Source of the DNA: Eledone cirrhosa
Taxonomy: Eukaryota
DNA: 64,000 nucleotides
Reading direction: 5' to 3'
Assembly: GCA_964016885.1 (NCBI GenBank)
Contig: OZ024749.1
Coordinates: forward strand, 45,136,001 to 45,200,000
Position 1 is the stretch's first letter; each line of letters opens with the position of its first letter. The notes below the pieces were generated by a model that saw only the letters and a program-made list of their open reading frames with translations, was not told where the DNA came from and did not search any database. This document shows positions 1 to 14,850 of this stretch, in pieces. Made by a program: the position numbers and the translations under genes.

Positions 1-136
1 TTATGGCCCTTTACGGTCTGAGTTCAAATACTGCTGAGGTTAGCTTTGCCTTTCATCCTTACGGGGTCTCTTAAATAAAAAAAAACAGTAATGCACTGGG
101 GTAATTGCTGGCCTTGTGCCAAACAGAAACAATTAT
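1..136 (+). mobile_element. tRNA-derived SINE (main family), 5' end cut by window edge
   Basis: B-box GAGTTCAAAT, core CTTTGCCTTTCATCCTTACGGGGTC and tail AATTGCTGGCCTTGTGCC..AGAAACAATTA shared with ~20 other copies in the window. Confidence 0.85.
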
Positions 137-280
137 TCTATCTGTGTTTATGTGTGTGAATTCTGGAAAGCTTGTGTATTATTAGAATACATATAGGCGT
201 TTACTATAAATATGTATATATATATATATATATATATGTTTATGTGTATATGTATATATACATATATATGCGTGTGTGTG

Positions 281-335
<55 letters not shown>

Positions 336-776
336 TCACACATACCCTCATCCAGTACTTGTCCTCAAAGTTCTGTTTGTGTACATTTATATATGTGTAT
401 ATGTGTATCATCTATGTGTGTATACATATATGTGGATTGTGTGTATATATGTGTGTGTGAATTAGTTTCTATTTGTTATATTTTCCTTTTCCCTGTCCAG
501 GTGAGTTAAGGTCATAGCTTCTCACCCGTAACAATAAGTAAAGGTCATCCTCTATATCAGGTACATCAGCAACACCTCACTTCTTTCAAATATTTTCTAT
601 TTCTACTCCCTACTTTCTCTCCCACCATACGCTCACACAAACTATATATATATATATATCTCACTCTCTTTCTCCCTCGAAAGATATCACTCTATCTATA
701 TATCTCTCTCTCACACACACACACCCAAACACACACACACATATATATATACATAGACACACACATATATATATAA

Positions 777-903
777 GGCGGATTGGCAGAATTATAAGGA
801 CGTCGGATTAAAAATGTGCCAACTCACTGCGCTCTGTTTTCAAAGCTCAACGAAATCTGCGTTGCGTTCTCTCCATTCGAGGTCAATAAATACAGAACCA
901 GTG
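777..903 (+). mobile_element. Diverged copy of main SINE
   Basis: GGCGGATTGGCAGAA head and degenerate core ending GAGGTCAATAAATACAGAACCAGT. Confidence 0.55.
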
Positions 904-1435
904 CGTGGATACATGTATCAAGACCTATTTACACTCTCCTAGCTGTTTTCATCTTTGTTGCCTTTAATTTTCATCAACAAACTTCATTCAAATTATCCAC
1001 GTTTTGCAGTTATATGTTAAGGGATGTGGGGGAAAAGGGAGAGACTTTTAACACCATTCTATGTGGAAATATAAGAATGGCCGTGGAAAACAGCCTGCAA
1101 AAGCCACTGTATCAGCCACTCCAGCTCATGGGGCTGTATTACCAAGGACATCAATGGTCTCGAGAATGAACGCTTTTCTGTGATATTGGAATAAAATGTG
1201 TTTTTCCTGTACTCTTATCTGTATATTTATATGTATGCATTTATTATATACTTATGTATGTTTGTTTGCATGTATTTATATATGTACGCATTATGTATGT
1301 TCGTATGACCATACGTTAAAAGTGTGTTGCTGGAATATATACATATTGGAGGGAGAATGTTTGTGATTGTGTGCGTGTTTATACATATACTTATATATAT
1401 TCATCTGTGTACACAAAAACACACACACACACACA

Positions 1436-1570
<135 letters not shown>

Positions 1571-2656
1571 TATATATACACTTATATATATACACTTCGT
1601 ACAAAAGGAAGAAAGCTTTGAGTAACAGGCATTAATCGCATCGCAAATTGATTGTTTGTCCATTAGCATCCGTTTCTAACTTACTAATTGAGAATTAAAA
1701 GACAACTATAATTATATTTCAAATGCTCGGCAAATATATCTGCTACAATAAACATTAAGTGAAAGTCGGACAGGTTAATGGTACAGCTCAATGTACACAA
1801 TATATACATATGTGTGTGTGTGTGTGTACTTACATGCACGTAAGAACCTCAAATGTAGCACCCAGAGTAGTATGACGATTATTATTTCCAGAGAGATGAA
1901 ACCTCTCGACATTATAGACACCATAACCATCAATATCGCGATGAAAGTTTTCCAAGAATAGGCATTTGATGCTGGTCTCCGATTGATCCCCACAGTCAAA
2001 TTTCTTATTTATCGTTAAATATGTTGTGTCATTCAGGAATTAATGGCAAAGCTCACTGCAAAAATTGAGGAGATTGACATAGAAATGTCCATGTGTGACT
2101 GGTAAGAGCTACCCTCTGCTCGTTCTGCTGCAATTTCGGAAACTTTATCCAAAACGTGGGTATTTTGAGCATTGCGAGTAAAAGAACTTGATGAAGTTAT
2201 TTTATTTTACCTGAATCAATAGTTAGATAACTAGTTCGACCTTCGTATACAATATAATACAAATGTTAAACAAACAACTGACAGTTTTAAAAACAAATGG
2301 CGTTATATTTGTTTCATCAAAAATTAAAGCAGAAATTGTTGAGTACTACCATTCGCCGTAGTATATGTAGAAACTACAGGGTGTCGGATGAAACTTAGGA
2401 AGCCCAAAGTGAATGTTTCAAACGTCGAATACCGGATTAAACGTAGATACACAGGTTCGACTAAAAGCACAAACTTTTATGGACCTTAAAACCCATAAAA
2501 CATTGGACTTATATATAGAAGCGCAGAATCCCGGTTAGAATCTAGTAATTATACAGTTTATATGTAGAAATTGTAGATTTCCTGATTAAATAGAGGAAAT
2601 ATAGATTTCCTGAATATATGCTATATATGTACTATGCCGGATTAAATGTAAATAAC

Positions 2657-2770
2657 ATAGGTTAGCTTTGCCTTTCATACTTGCCAGGTCAATAAAATAA
2701 AGTACCAGTAATGCACTGGGGTCGAATTTCACCGAATTGTTGGCCTTGTGCCTAAATAAGAAACAATTAT
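2657..2770 (+). mobile_element. 5'-truncated main SINE
   Basis: GGTTAGCTTTGCCTTTCAT...AAAATAAAGTACCAGTAATGCACTGGGG...TGGCCTTGTGCCTAAATAAGAAAC. Confidence 0.8.
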
Positions 2771-2912
2771 CATTATTATTATCATTATTTTTAATTAGTG
2801 CAGTCATTGAACTCATCATCACTGTTTGTTTCAATTAATTTTGAAAATCAATGTGTACGTATGCATAATGGTGTATACGTATGTATGCATATGTGTGTAT
2901 ACGTATGTATGC

Positions 2913-3000
<88 letters not shown>

Positions 3001-3085
3001 GTATATGTATGTATATATTTACTTCTAGTGTGTGCGTGTTCACTCCCTATCTCTCTCTATGTATATATGTATATATGTTTATATA

Positions 3086-3155
<70 letters not shown>

Positions 3156-3426
3156 CACACGTATATATGTATGTATGTATATATATATATATGTATGTAT
3201 GTATATAAGAAGGGATTAATTGTAACACTTCAACATTTTAGCAATGTAGTAAACGATGAGATTAAACAAACACACGTATCATCTTTTCTTATCATGATTG
3301 ATATCGTAAAACATCATACACCATGTGTGATTGCTTGCCATTCTCTGTATGATTGTAAGTGTACATACACATACATACAAAAAGATACACTCACACATAG
3401 ATATACATACATCCACACAAACACAT

Positions 3427-3457
<31 letters not shown>

Positions 3458-3481
3458 CATAAACATATATGTATATAAATG

Positions 3482-3586
<105 letters not shown>

Positions 3587-3798
3587 GTAAATGTGCGTTT
3601 GTGTGAATATATATGTGTGTGATTAAGTGTGTTAATGATTCGGTATCAAAAATGACTATTCTGACTAATTACAGTGATAGAATCACTAACAAAATTGGAT
3701 CAAATCCTTTTTAACAATAGCCTCACTAATTACAGTTTTATTTAACAAAGGCTGCTAAACTACTTTACACGAAATAATAACAACACACAACGTAAGCT

Positions 3799-3883
<85 letters not shown>

Positions 3884-4129
3884 AGTGTGTGCATACATGT
3901 ATCTGTGTGTTTCTGTGTGTGTATAACACCAATAGAGGAAACTCCTTCAAGGGGACCTTTGTGTACACAAAATATAAGTATATTATAGACACATTTTGGA
4001 ATATATTGAGCAGAATATATTTTACTATCATGTTGGTAATGGAAAGATTGATCAATGTTTATAAATAGAAATAAAGTGAATGACGTGGTCGAGGTAAAAT
4101 TCTTCGGTGGAACTTTCTGCCTATGTCTG

Positions 4130-4203
<74 letters not shown>

Positions 4204-4240
4204 GATCTATCGATAAATATATATATATATATATATATAT

Positions 4241-4278
<38 letters not shown>

Positions 4279-5089
4279 GGGGTAACAGATTATTGTTATA
4301 AGTAGTCCACTTAAGTGTAGTCCAGTTATGGTACTCCGGGTAGTGGATGATATCAACACTTGGCTAAGTTTGACTCAACAAGGTGTTTCCATAGTGATGT
4401 TGCGAGTACGCTCTAATTCCTATGTTGTAAACACTTGGAGTAATGATAAATCAGGAAAGAAGAGTGACACGGTTTGCTATACAAAAAAGGTTTTTAATCT
4501 CATTGCTGACAATTTTTCTCTGAACTGGTAGGTCTAGAGATCGCTACTCGCTTGTTTTCACGTTATTCGATCACCAATACAAAGTTATAACCAGTCAATT
4601 CACCGGAGCCATGTAGGTGGTCTGAATATCATTGTGAAATTATAATTTCCTTGTTGTTGTGTTTTGGGAGGAGTTGTTAGATACATCCATGATTGTGGTG
4701 TTGGGGGGTGGTGTTGGTGGGTATAATGATGGTCCTAGATATAATGTATTTCAGTGAAGATGGGAACGTAGTGGCCATGGATAGGGTTTGGAGGATGACA
4801 ATGTTTTCTTTTTGTGTTTGTCGTGTTGCTTTTGTTATGCAGAAATGCTTGTTCTGTAGAATAATCTGAAATACATTCATCACCTTAATACGAATTATAA
4901 AATTGTAACCTTAGAAGTTGTGACAAAAGCCTCAGCATTGTCTCAGACTTTCCACTGTAAAATATAATAAATTAACAATTATATATATTCATATATACAA
5001 CGTATCTTATCTCGTTAGCTCGTCAGAGAGAATGTATTCCGTTGTTTGTTCTTGCATTCTGCGCTCTGAGCTTAAAGTACGATGAAATC

Positions 5090-5431
5090 AGCTTTGGAAT
5101 CGCAACGTTAAGTACTATCTGCAGTCGCAATCTGGTACAGTCTGCGACTAACCCAGGTTCTGCTGCACGTCGGGCTGAGGAGGCCAAACTCTTCAAATAC
5201 CGGTCGTTCTCCGACAGGTTTGCAGTTGTACTCTTGTCAGTGGAGACTTCTGGTGTCCTCGGCCCTAGGGCTACCTCTCTACGCACCACCATAGGCGCTG
5301 AGCTGGCCAGTGGCAGGTGTGAGCCTCGCGAGCTGGAATGGCTTTTCCAGCGCGTCTGCCTTGCCGTCCTCCGGGGAAACGCCTTCTCCATTCTGTCCGC
5401 CGGGCTGTGGGGAGGTCACCAATATGATTGA
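5090..5431 (+). mobile_element. 3' fragment of an RLE-type (CRE-like) non-LTR retrotransposon, restriction-like endonuclease C-terminus
   Basis: ORF 5042..5431 contains GSAARRAEEAKLFKY...VETSGVLG...LFQRVCLAVLRGNA, matching the AA..AE..K..KY / VET.G / QR...A..RGNA pattern of CRE-clade RLE domains; GC-rich island. Confidence 0.75.
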
Positions 5432-5786
5432 CTGACTTGTCATTTCATCAGTCACATGTTTTTAGACATTTCCAGTACTAGACTAGCAATGAGCTAGAAT
5501 CTTCTTTTATCTCTCACTATATTTCTCTTTTCCTCATAAGTAGGTAAAAAATTAGATGATTCGTTAGGGATACTAATGAAATACCTCGGTATATGATTTG
5601 GCTCAATGCTCTCGCCGAGTTCAACTTGAATATTCATCATTTTGATGTCAATAAAGAGAATTTGTGAAATTGTTTAGCAGTCAAACTGGTGACTTATATG
5701 CGTTATCTGATTTGGTTTGTGCGTTTTGCATTCAAAGCTACCTTATTTTTGCATGTACCTGCAATTATATATATAAATATATATAT

Positions 5787-6689
5787 ATATGAATAAAGTT
5801 AGTCCTTCATCAGTGATCTTCCAACCATCATTGGTATTTCATCGCTTTAAAGACCATATACCTCCGGTTGGTGCGAGCAACGGCTAAAAAAAGTCGTTAG
5901 GACACGTAAATAAAGGGGACAAGAGTGTAAACAACAAAAATGGTGGGCAACGAAAAGTGAGGAAGAAGTCAAGTCCCAATTTTCTATGAATTTAAATTCG
6001 GTGAAATCGTGAACGAGAGAGAATAAAGACCATCAAACCTGGTTGGAATGTGAGCAAGGAAGGAATTCCGTACAGGTCTAATGGGAGGAAGAAGGGATCA
6101 AGTCTGTGATTTCGGTGAACGTGAGTTCTGTGAAATCGTAGACGAGAGAGAGAAAAAGAACGACCTGCTAGGCCAAGAGTGCGAATGAAAAAGAATTACG
6201 CACAAGTCAAACAGGAAGAAGGAGGAGGAGGAGGGGTAGTAACAGAGAGTGAGTGAGTAAAGGGTGAGGAAGAGGCTAACAGAGAGAATGACTGCTAGAG
6301 AGGGTAAAGATACAGAGAAAGAGGAAGCGGTAAGAACGAAATAGACGTGTAACAGCGGGGGAAAAAATATGTGCAAATATGAAAATAAACGTGCTGCGGC
6401 GTTGCTAATGGGTTACATATGAATAAATGCTAATGGGTTACATATGAATAAATTTGGGACTTGACTTCTTCTTCCTCACTTTTAGTTGCCCACCATTTTT
6501 GTTGTTTACACTCTTGTCCCCTTTATTTACGTGTCCCAACGACTTTTTTTAGCCGTTGCTCGCACCAACCGGAGGTATATGGTCTTTAAAGCGATGAAAT
6601 ACCAATGATGGTTGGAAGATCACTGATGAAGGACTAAATTTATTCATATGTAACCCATTAGCAACGCCGCAGCACGTTTATTTTCATAT
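5787..6689. mobile_element. Penelope-like non-autonomous element with nested inverted repeats (family A)
   Basis: ~195-bp IR 5787-5979 / 6454-6649 and ~50-bp IR 6377-6427 / 6639-6689; (TA)n on both sides; CTGATGAAGG box at 6623-6632. Confidence 0.6.
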
Positions 6690-6714
6690 ATATATATGTA
6701 TATATATATATATA

Positions 6715-6791
<77 letters not shown>

Positions 6792-7252
6792 CAAATAGAA
6801 ACATTAATTTCTATGTCCTCTCTATAAAAGAAAATGTTTAACATTCAAACATTATTTTTTTGTCCTATCGATTAAAAAATTGTTTAACAGTGAAATAAGA
6901 AATATAAAAGGTTGTCTCTATTTGTTTTGTGATAAACAGTACAAAAATATGTCAGCGCTTCATTTATACACTTTAGTAATCTTCTAATACAAATGTAGAA
7001 AGAGAGATGGGGAGGGATGAATACAAAGTAAATTTAAAAAAAAAAAGAATGAAAATGTTACATGAAGAGAGAGATATGCATATACATATTTGAAAACTTT
7101 GTCGCCACAAGGCAGATAACTAAAATAATGGTTGATAATTAAGAAAAATGGTTGGATAAATCGGGTACATTTGCTTTTGTATGAAATCATCAGGTATTCT
7201 TTCAAATTTCATGAGAATAATACAATTCAAGTTCAGCAGAAGTTATCTATGA

Positions 7253-7331
<79 letters not shown>

Positions 7332-7476
7332 ATATGAAGCAGATCTGCCATAAAAGACATTCCAGCCAACCATGTCCCTCCCGTTGCTTCCTTAACTACA
7401 GGGAGCTTATGACCATATTATTCAGATGTTTTTTTTTATAAATCTATATATATATTTACGCACACACACACACACT

Positions 7477-7524
<48 letters not shown>

Positions 7525-7752
7525 AAGAGAGAGAGAGAGATTTCTTCAGCAGGTGATGGGAAGGGAATCATCGATCATTTGACCACATGGCTCACCAGTA
7601 TTGCACTATTGACCCGAGCATGGCATTTTTATTTCTGCTTGTAAGTAATGTATACACACATATAAACACATCGATTCAATGACATACATACATACACACA
7701 AACAAACACATTCGCACATGCTTACATACACATATATTCACACATATGTATA

Positions 7753-7899
<147 letters not shown>

Positions 7900-7908
7900 A
7901 GAGAGGGA

Positions 7909-7958
<50 letters not shown>

Positions 7959-8073
7959 GAGAGACTTGTATGTGTATATAGATATTTGTCTTGTTCTTTG
8001 AACTATAAATATTTGTGTGTGAAAGTGTTTCTTTCTCTGTCTGTATGTATATATTATGGCTCCGTTAATTTAT

Positions 8074-8150
<77 letters not shown>

Positions 8151-8902
8151 TACACACACATATATATATATATATATACACATAAAACTGTTTAAATATA
8201 TTGTCTCCAGTGACTGTGTCAGAAATAAGCAATAAATGATTCGAGAAAGAAATAGTAAGAAAATGAAATATAGATAGACAGATTGAAAGAGAGAGAGAGA
8301 GAGAGGGGGGGGGGGATACATATAGATAGAAAGAAAGAAAGAAAGAAAGAAAGGAAGATGGACAGAAATGGAAACTAAAGAAGGAGAGTTAGAGAAAGGT
8401 GATAAAAGGTAATGGTGATGGTGAGAGAAAGGTGAGAGGTGTCAAGTGAAAGAGAGCAGGGAGGAGAGAGGGAATATAGTAGAAAATGTAAACAAGAAGA
8501 AAAAATACAACGTTAACGTAAGCCAAAGCCAAAACTAAAATTTGGGGTTTTAGAGCCGCATAGACAGGTGAAAACTTATTTGGAAACAGTGTATGAGGAC
8601 TGTTTGACATTGAGAGGGATAAATGTGAGAATAGAGTGTAATTATAACATAAATAATATAAAGCAAGTCAGTAACTAAAAATAAGAAAAATAATAATATT
8701 AATAAATATAAATAAAAGGGATGAAAATAGAAAACAACAGAAAAGGGTCACACACACACAAAAACAAACAAAAGAAAAACTAAGGTGTTAGTGTTAATGT
8801 GTGTGTGGAGGGGGGGTTTTGGAGAGAGGCTTGAAATAGAGTAGGATAACAAAGAAAGGACGAGGAAAATAAATAAATAAATATGTATGTATGTATGTGT
8901 GC

Positions 8903-9006
<104 letters not shown>

Positions 9007-9602
9007 ATGTATATATGTATATATATATATATTTATATATATTTATATATATATATATATATATATGTGTGTATATATACTTGTATATATATGTGTGTGT
9101 GTGTATATATATACTTATACACATGTGTGTGTTTGTGGTGGGGTGTTTGTGTGTAGTTATATACAAATATATATGACACAGACAGACATACAAAAAACAA
9201 AGAAACAACAACATTATATAAAATTACTTAGAAAGGGGACATTGTACGGGTGTCGGTTGGAGGCAGGTGTTGAAGACAAAATGTGATGTGTTGACCATTT
9301 ATTTTCACCCTGTTAAGATAATGGATGTGTATAATTTAAAAGTCACGATTTAATGTTTGTACATTAGCTAGCTGTAAGAAGTAAAATAAAAATGTACTTT
9401 GAGGTTATATTCTTGGGTGGGTGTTAGAACGTAGAAGGATGCAGCGTCTGATTGTTAATTTTTATTTTTATTTTTATTGAACACTTTGTTCATCCTGTCT
9501 TTAGGCAGAATCCGTAGGTCAGTGGATAAAAATGTCTTCTGGCATGTAATGCTGTCTTTTGAAAATTTAAGTTCGAGTCATACTGAGATTGATTTTGCCC
9601 AT

Positions 9603-9790
9603 TGATTGGCAGTACCGGTTGAGGGTCGGATGGCCATGCTTTGCAGCATAGAGTTACGGTCCTATATGATCTAAGTTCAAATCCTGCCGAGGTTAACTTC
9701 GCCATACATCCTTACGCGGTCGATAAAATAAAGTACCAGTAATACACTATAGTAATTGCCGGTCTTGTGCCAAAAGTAGAAACAATTATT
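9603..9790 (+). mobile_element. Near full-length main SINE
   Basis: A-box TGGCAGTACCGG, B-box AAGTTCAAATCC, core and tail. Confidence 0.85.
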
Positions 9791-10500
9791 CTATCAATGT
9801 CGTGAACTTTTCCCTAGCCATAAGTGACGGAGCAACTGTCTTTGGGCAGGTGTGTGGCAATATAAAACTGCTAATAACCTCGCGAGAGCTTTCATATGAC
9901 CTATTTATACTACCATTTCTGATAGATTTATCGTTGAGCCTGTGGAGTTCAACGATAAACTGTGGAGTTCTTGCTCCCAGTAACAAATCTCTACTCACTT
10001 TTCTCAATGTGGAATTGGTTACCCGCAGGAGTGTGCGCTTCTAGCTGGAATGGCTACTTCAACGTATCTCCCTCGCTATATCCAAGGATAACGCATTCTT
10101 CATTCTCCCTAATCGACCCCCGAGTTCTGTAATTCACGGAGGCATATCCAAGGATAACGCATTCTTCATTCTCCCTAATCGACCCCCGAGTTCTGTAATT
10201 CACGGAGGCATATCCAAGGATAACGCATTCTTCATTCTCCCTAATCGACCCCCGAGTTCTGTAATTCACGGAGGCATATCCAAGGATAACGCATTCTTCA
10301 TTCTCCCTAATCGACCCCCGAGTTCTGTAATTCACGGAGGCATATCCAAGGATAACGCATTCTTCATTCTCCCTAATCGACCCCCGAGTTCTGTAATTCA
10401 CGGAGGCATATCCAACACTGAACAGGCTTGTATCATTGGGGTAGCGATGGTATAGGTTGCTGATATCTAAAACCTCTCTCCGTTCTCTCGCAGACATCTG
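9791..10500 (-). mobile_element. Decayed 3' end of a CR1/Jockey-group LINE ORF2, interrupted by a tandem expansion
   Basis: Minus-strand translations ERREVLDISNLYHRY and LPHTCPKTVAPSLMAREKF resemble the RR....L..FY and LP..V.P....FK C-terminal motifs; frameshifted. Confidence 0.45.
10078..10415. repeat. Perfect 66-bp tandem repeat, 5 units
   Basis: Unit ATATCCAAGGATAACGCATTCTTCATTCTCCCTAATCGACCCCCGAGTTCTGTAATTCACGGAGGC x5 plus terminal ATATCCAA; gives the 22-aa repeat in ORF 10054..10497. Confidence 0.97.
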
Positions 10501-10571
<71 letters not shown>

Positions 10572-10574
<3 letters not shown>

Positions 10575-10738
10575 CGTTTCTGAATTTGTTTAGCATGATT
10601 CTTTATCTGAAATCGTGTGTTGAAACGATTATAGGTTTGTAAATTTGTAAATTTATAAATTTATAAATATATAATAAATTGAAGTGAAAGCAACTGGTGC
10701 GTGTGTTTCTTATTGGCAACATGACCCTCCCAAAGTAT

Positions 10739-10745
<7 letters not shown>
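10572..10745. mobile_element. Short TA-flanked interspersed repeat (family G), rearranged
   Basis: TGAAATCGTGTGTTGAAAC and inverted ATGACCCTCCCAAAGTATAACAATAT match 26883-26930. Confidence 0.55.
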
Positions 10746-10774
<29 letters not shown>

Positions 10775-11196
10775 CATACTAAATAAAGTGTTGAAGCCGT
10801 TTTATCTACTTATAAATTTGTAACTGTAACTCTAAGATTCAATGTCATCTTTTGTTTTCATCATTAAAGTTTTAAATATATTGTTGTTTTCAAATATTCT
10901 AGTCACTGTTCCCTCCGTTGTGATTCTCGCCTGCTACACCATCTCCAGCTACAAAGGTCGTGGCTATATTGAATCATATAAAGAAAAAAATATCAAAATT
11001 GATGTGTGTGTAAAATATATACGTCTAAGAAAGAAGGATATTACTTTTCATTTTTTTTCGCCCCAGCTTCAAGGGTCCAACGGTTAAAAAGTAAAGGGTT
11101 CTAAAACAATAAATGATGGACTTGCCCTAAAGAGAATGCTTCTTCGTGCAAGAAGTTTGTAAAGGCTCTAATAAAACATAAAGCATGTATAGGCAT

Positions 11197-11312
<116 letters not shown>

Positions 11313-11356
11313 ATAGATATGCACAAAGAGTAATATATATATATATATATAATGAA

Positions 11357-11406
<50 letters not shown>

Positions 11407-12050
11407 ACATCCAGAGAAATATATATATATATATATATATATTTATGTGTGTGTGTGAATGAATGAATGAATGTATGTATGTATATATATTTATAATACA
11501 TACATACATGTATACTTATATATATGTGCGTGTGTGAGTGCGTCTGTGTGTAGATAATCTAACTTTGTGTGACTGTTCTATTAATGTTCTAAGGCGAAGT
11601 TAATTCATTTTACGTTTTTAATTCAATAAAACAGAAAAGCCGAGGAAAATTAAGGTTTGAAAGAGTGTTTTGTAAAAAGCAATTATCTGTACGTGCCATG
11701 TGTATGGGAATCTTAAGGAATGGTAGGTGGAGAAATAGATGAGAGATAGTATATAGACTTAAAGAAAATGGCAAGGATGTGCAGTGTTGGAAATAGACTG
11801 AAGGATTGAGTTAAGGTTACATAAAGGAAGAAAGAAAGAGACGAACCTGAGAATAATGTAAAAGAGCGAATGAAGGAATGAGATAATGAGAGAATGAAAG
11901 AATGAATGAATGATTGTTAGAGAAAGATGGAAAGGGTGGTATTGAGATATTGAGAGGGTAAGTGTGTGTGTGACTGGACTGAGAGATAATAAGAGATGGA
12001 GAGTGAGGGGAGAATAATGTATGGTTGCTTATTACTCTTTAACTACATGC

Positions 12051-12129
<79 letters not shown>

Positions 12130-12567
12130 TATACAGAATATTTAATTGTCTCGGTGTGCACGTGTATGATTAATAAATAGATTATATATTGGGTAGTCAA
12201 GTATGAAATTTGTGGAAATTTATATTTTTTCTAGAAATTTCTACAAATTTCATAACTGATGGCCCAAGATATATATATATATAAATGTATAACTACATTA
12301 TCTGTATGCGAACGTGTGTATGGAAGAGAACAAGGAATACAAATAGAAATGGAGAGACATAATGCACGTGTGTATGCTTATTGCATATACATACACGTAT
12401 ATATATATATATATATATATATACGTGTATCTACATTATTGTGTATAGGAATGTATGTTAGGGTGTGTATTTATAGTGGCTGAGAGGAGATAATTATTGA
12501 GTGGTAGTTAAAATAGATGAGGAAAGGTGAGGGTGGGGGAAGAAAATCCATAACAACCTTGACAAGA

Positions 12568-12602
<35 letters not shown>

Positions 12603-13443
12603 TATATATATTTATATATTTATATATATATATACATATATGTATATATATAAACACATACACACACACATCCACATATATATATATCATATATATATAT
12701 ATATATTGAAAATTTGCCTTTCAAGACGAGAGTAAAAAAGAAGGTTCTAGAAAAATATAGTGAACAAATATCTTGATTGAGAGAAAGAATATAGAAGAGA
12801 TTAAGAAAAGTATGAATGAAATCTGGAAAAAGAGCGTGAGTAAAAGGTGATATTGTTTGTGCTGCCCTTTAGCCTCGAGTCAGCTCTGTTCGTGTAATCC
12901 TCTGATCAACGGCATTCCGACCCATACTATATAGCTTTTAGGAAGTATTATAGGGTTATATTAGTTAATCTGTCCTTCACATATGAAGACAGAAGAGAGT
13001 AAAGTGAGGTAGTTTGCTATTTTTAGAATGTCGAACGATCGTGTAGGGCAGGGTTTTCCAGCCTGTGCGACATCACCGAAAGTAGAAACATTTTTGGGAA
13101 CCCCTTGAATAAAGTCTCTCCCGATAGATCATTAGAAATAGTGATGTCTCATTTATAGAATCGGTAAGACTGAAAAGAAAAACATATATGTCTGTATATA
13201 ATTAATTATTGCTAATTACAAATAGCATTTTTTTCTTTTCCAAATATAATCTCTAAACAATATTTCTTTCATTTTATCTTCCAATGAAGAACGAATGTCT
13301 GAAAGCTTAAGGCCCATTTCAAAGTATATCAGTAGTTAAACAAAAACACGGTCATTTCGTTGTATTGCTCTCCTGTGATATGTTACCTTTTTGACATGTC
13401 TTTTACACATACGGACAAACACATGCAGCCACAGACACATACA

Positions 13444-13704
<261 letters not shown>

Positions 13705-14524
13705 GTATATTTATGTGCATATATGTGCAGAAAATTGATAAGAAAATTAGATAGAAAAGTTCGCAAGAGAACCAAATTAAATGGCCGATATGAGCAAGTC
13801 AATTAGAAATGGGGCGAGTGTAATAAAATAAATTAAATTAAAATATGAAAGACGTGAATCTTGAAAGATGGAAAGAAGGAAGTAACGAAATAAAGAAAGA
13901 AAAACTGAGAGAGACTGATCGATAGGAAAAGGGAGAAAACAAAGAAAGACAGAACAGAAAAGTGAAAATGAGTTAAAAAAAAACAACAACAAAAAACAAG
14001 TAAAAGAAATCAGTGATAGTAAAATGAGAGGAGGAAGGAAACTATGTGAAAGGAAGGAATTAAGAAGAGAAAGGAAAGAATAGGGTGAGAAAATAATCAA
14101 TGATGAAAATATGGATGAAGATTCCATTAATAAATAAATCAAACAGAAGAGAAAGAAACGAAGAAATGAGGTGCATTTTGGAAGGAAAGAAGGAATCGGG
14201 GAGAACTGTAGTTAATGGTAATGGAATAACGAAAAGGAAAATAAGTAATTAACGAGTTAAAAAAAATAAAAAGAAAGAAAGAAAATGAGATAGACAGACA
14301 TCTAGATAGATAGATACAGAGAGAGAGAGAGAGAGAGAGAGAGTGAGAGAGAGAGAGTGAGAGAGAGAGAGAGAAAGAGAGAGTGTGTGTGTGTGTGTGT
14401 ATGAGAGAGAGAGAGAGAGAGAGTGTGTGTGTGTGAGAGAGAGAGAGTATGTGTGTGTGTGTGAGAGAGAGAGAGAAAGAAGGAAACAATGTACGAAGCC
14501 GAATTTTTAGCTTTTGAAGTGCTG

Positions 14525-14621
<97 letters not shown>

Positions 14622-14666
14622 AATTCTTTATTTGCGACAAGGGCGTATATATATATATATATTTTC

Positions 14667-14709
<43 letters not shown>

Positions 14710-14741
14710 CATATATAGATAGATAGTTATAGATATGTTTA

Positions 14742-14850
14742 CCCCAGGTTCAGTCAGTAATTTACTCAATATATAGAATAGTATAAATATTTAATATAGA
14801 AATCGCTTCTACAGGACTAGGACAGTTTCATTCGGGAGAATATAAGTATA
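14742..14850 (-). mobile_element. Degenerate family B HHR element
   Basis: TACTCAATA..AGTATAAATATTTAATATAGA..GCTTCTACAGGACTAG.AC.GTTTCATTC shared with 23371-23508. Confidence 0.65.

Noticed and set aside
10078-10415. Possible CRISPR array
   Set aside because: Units are identical head-to-tail with no unique spacers; no cas genes; eukaryotic context
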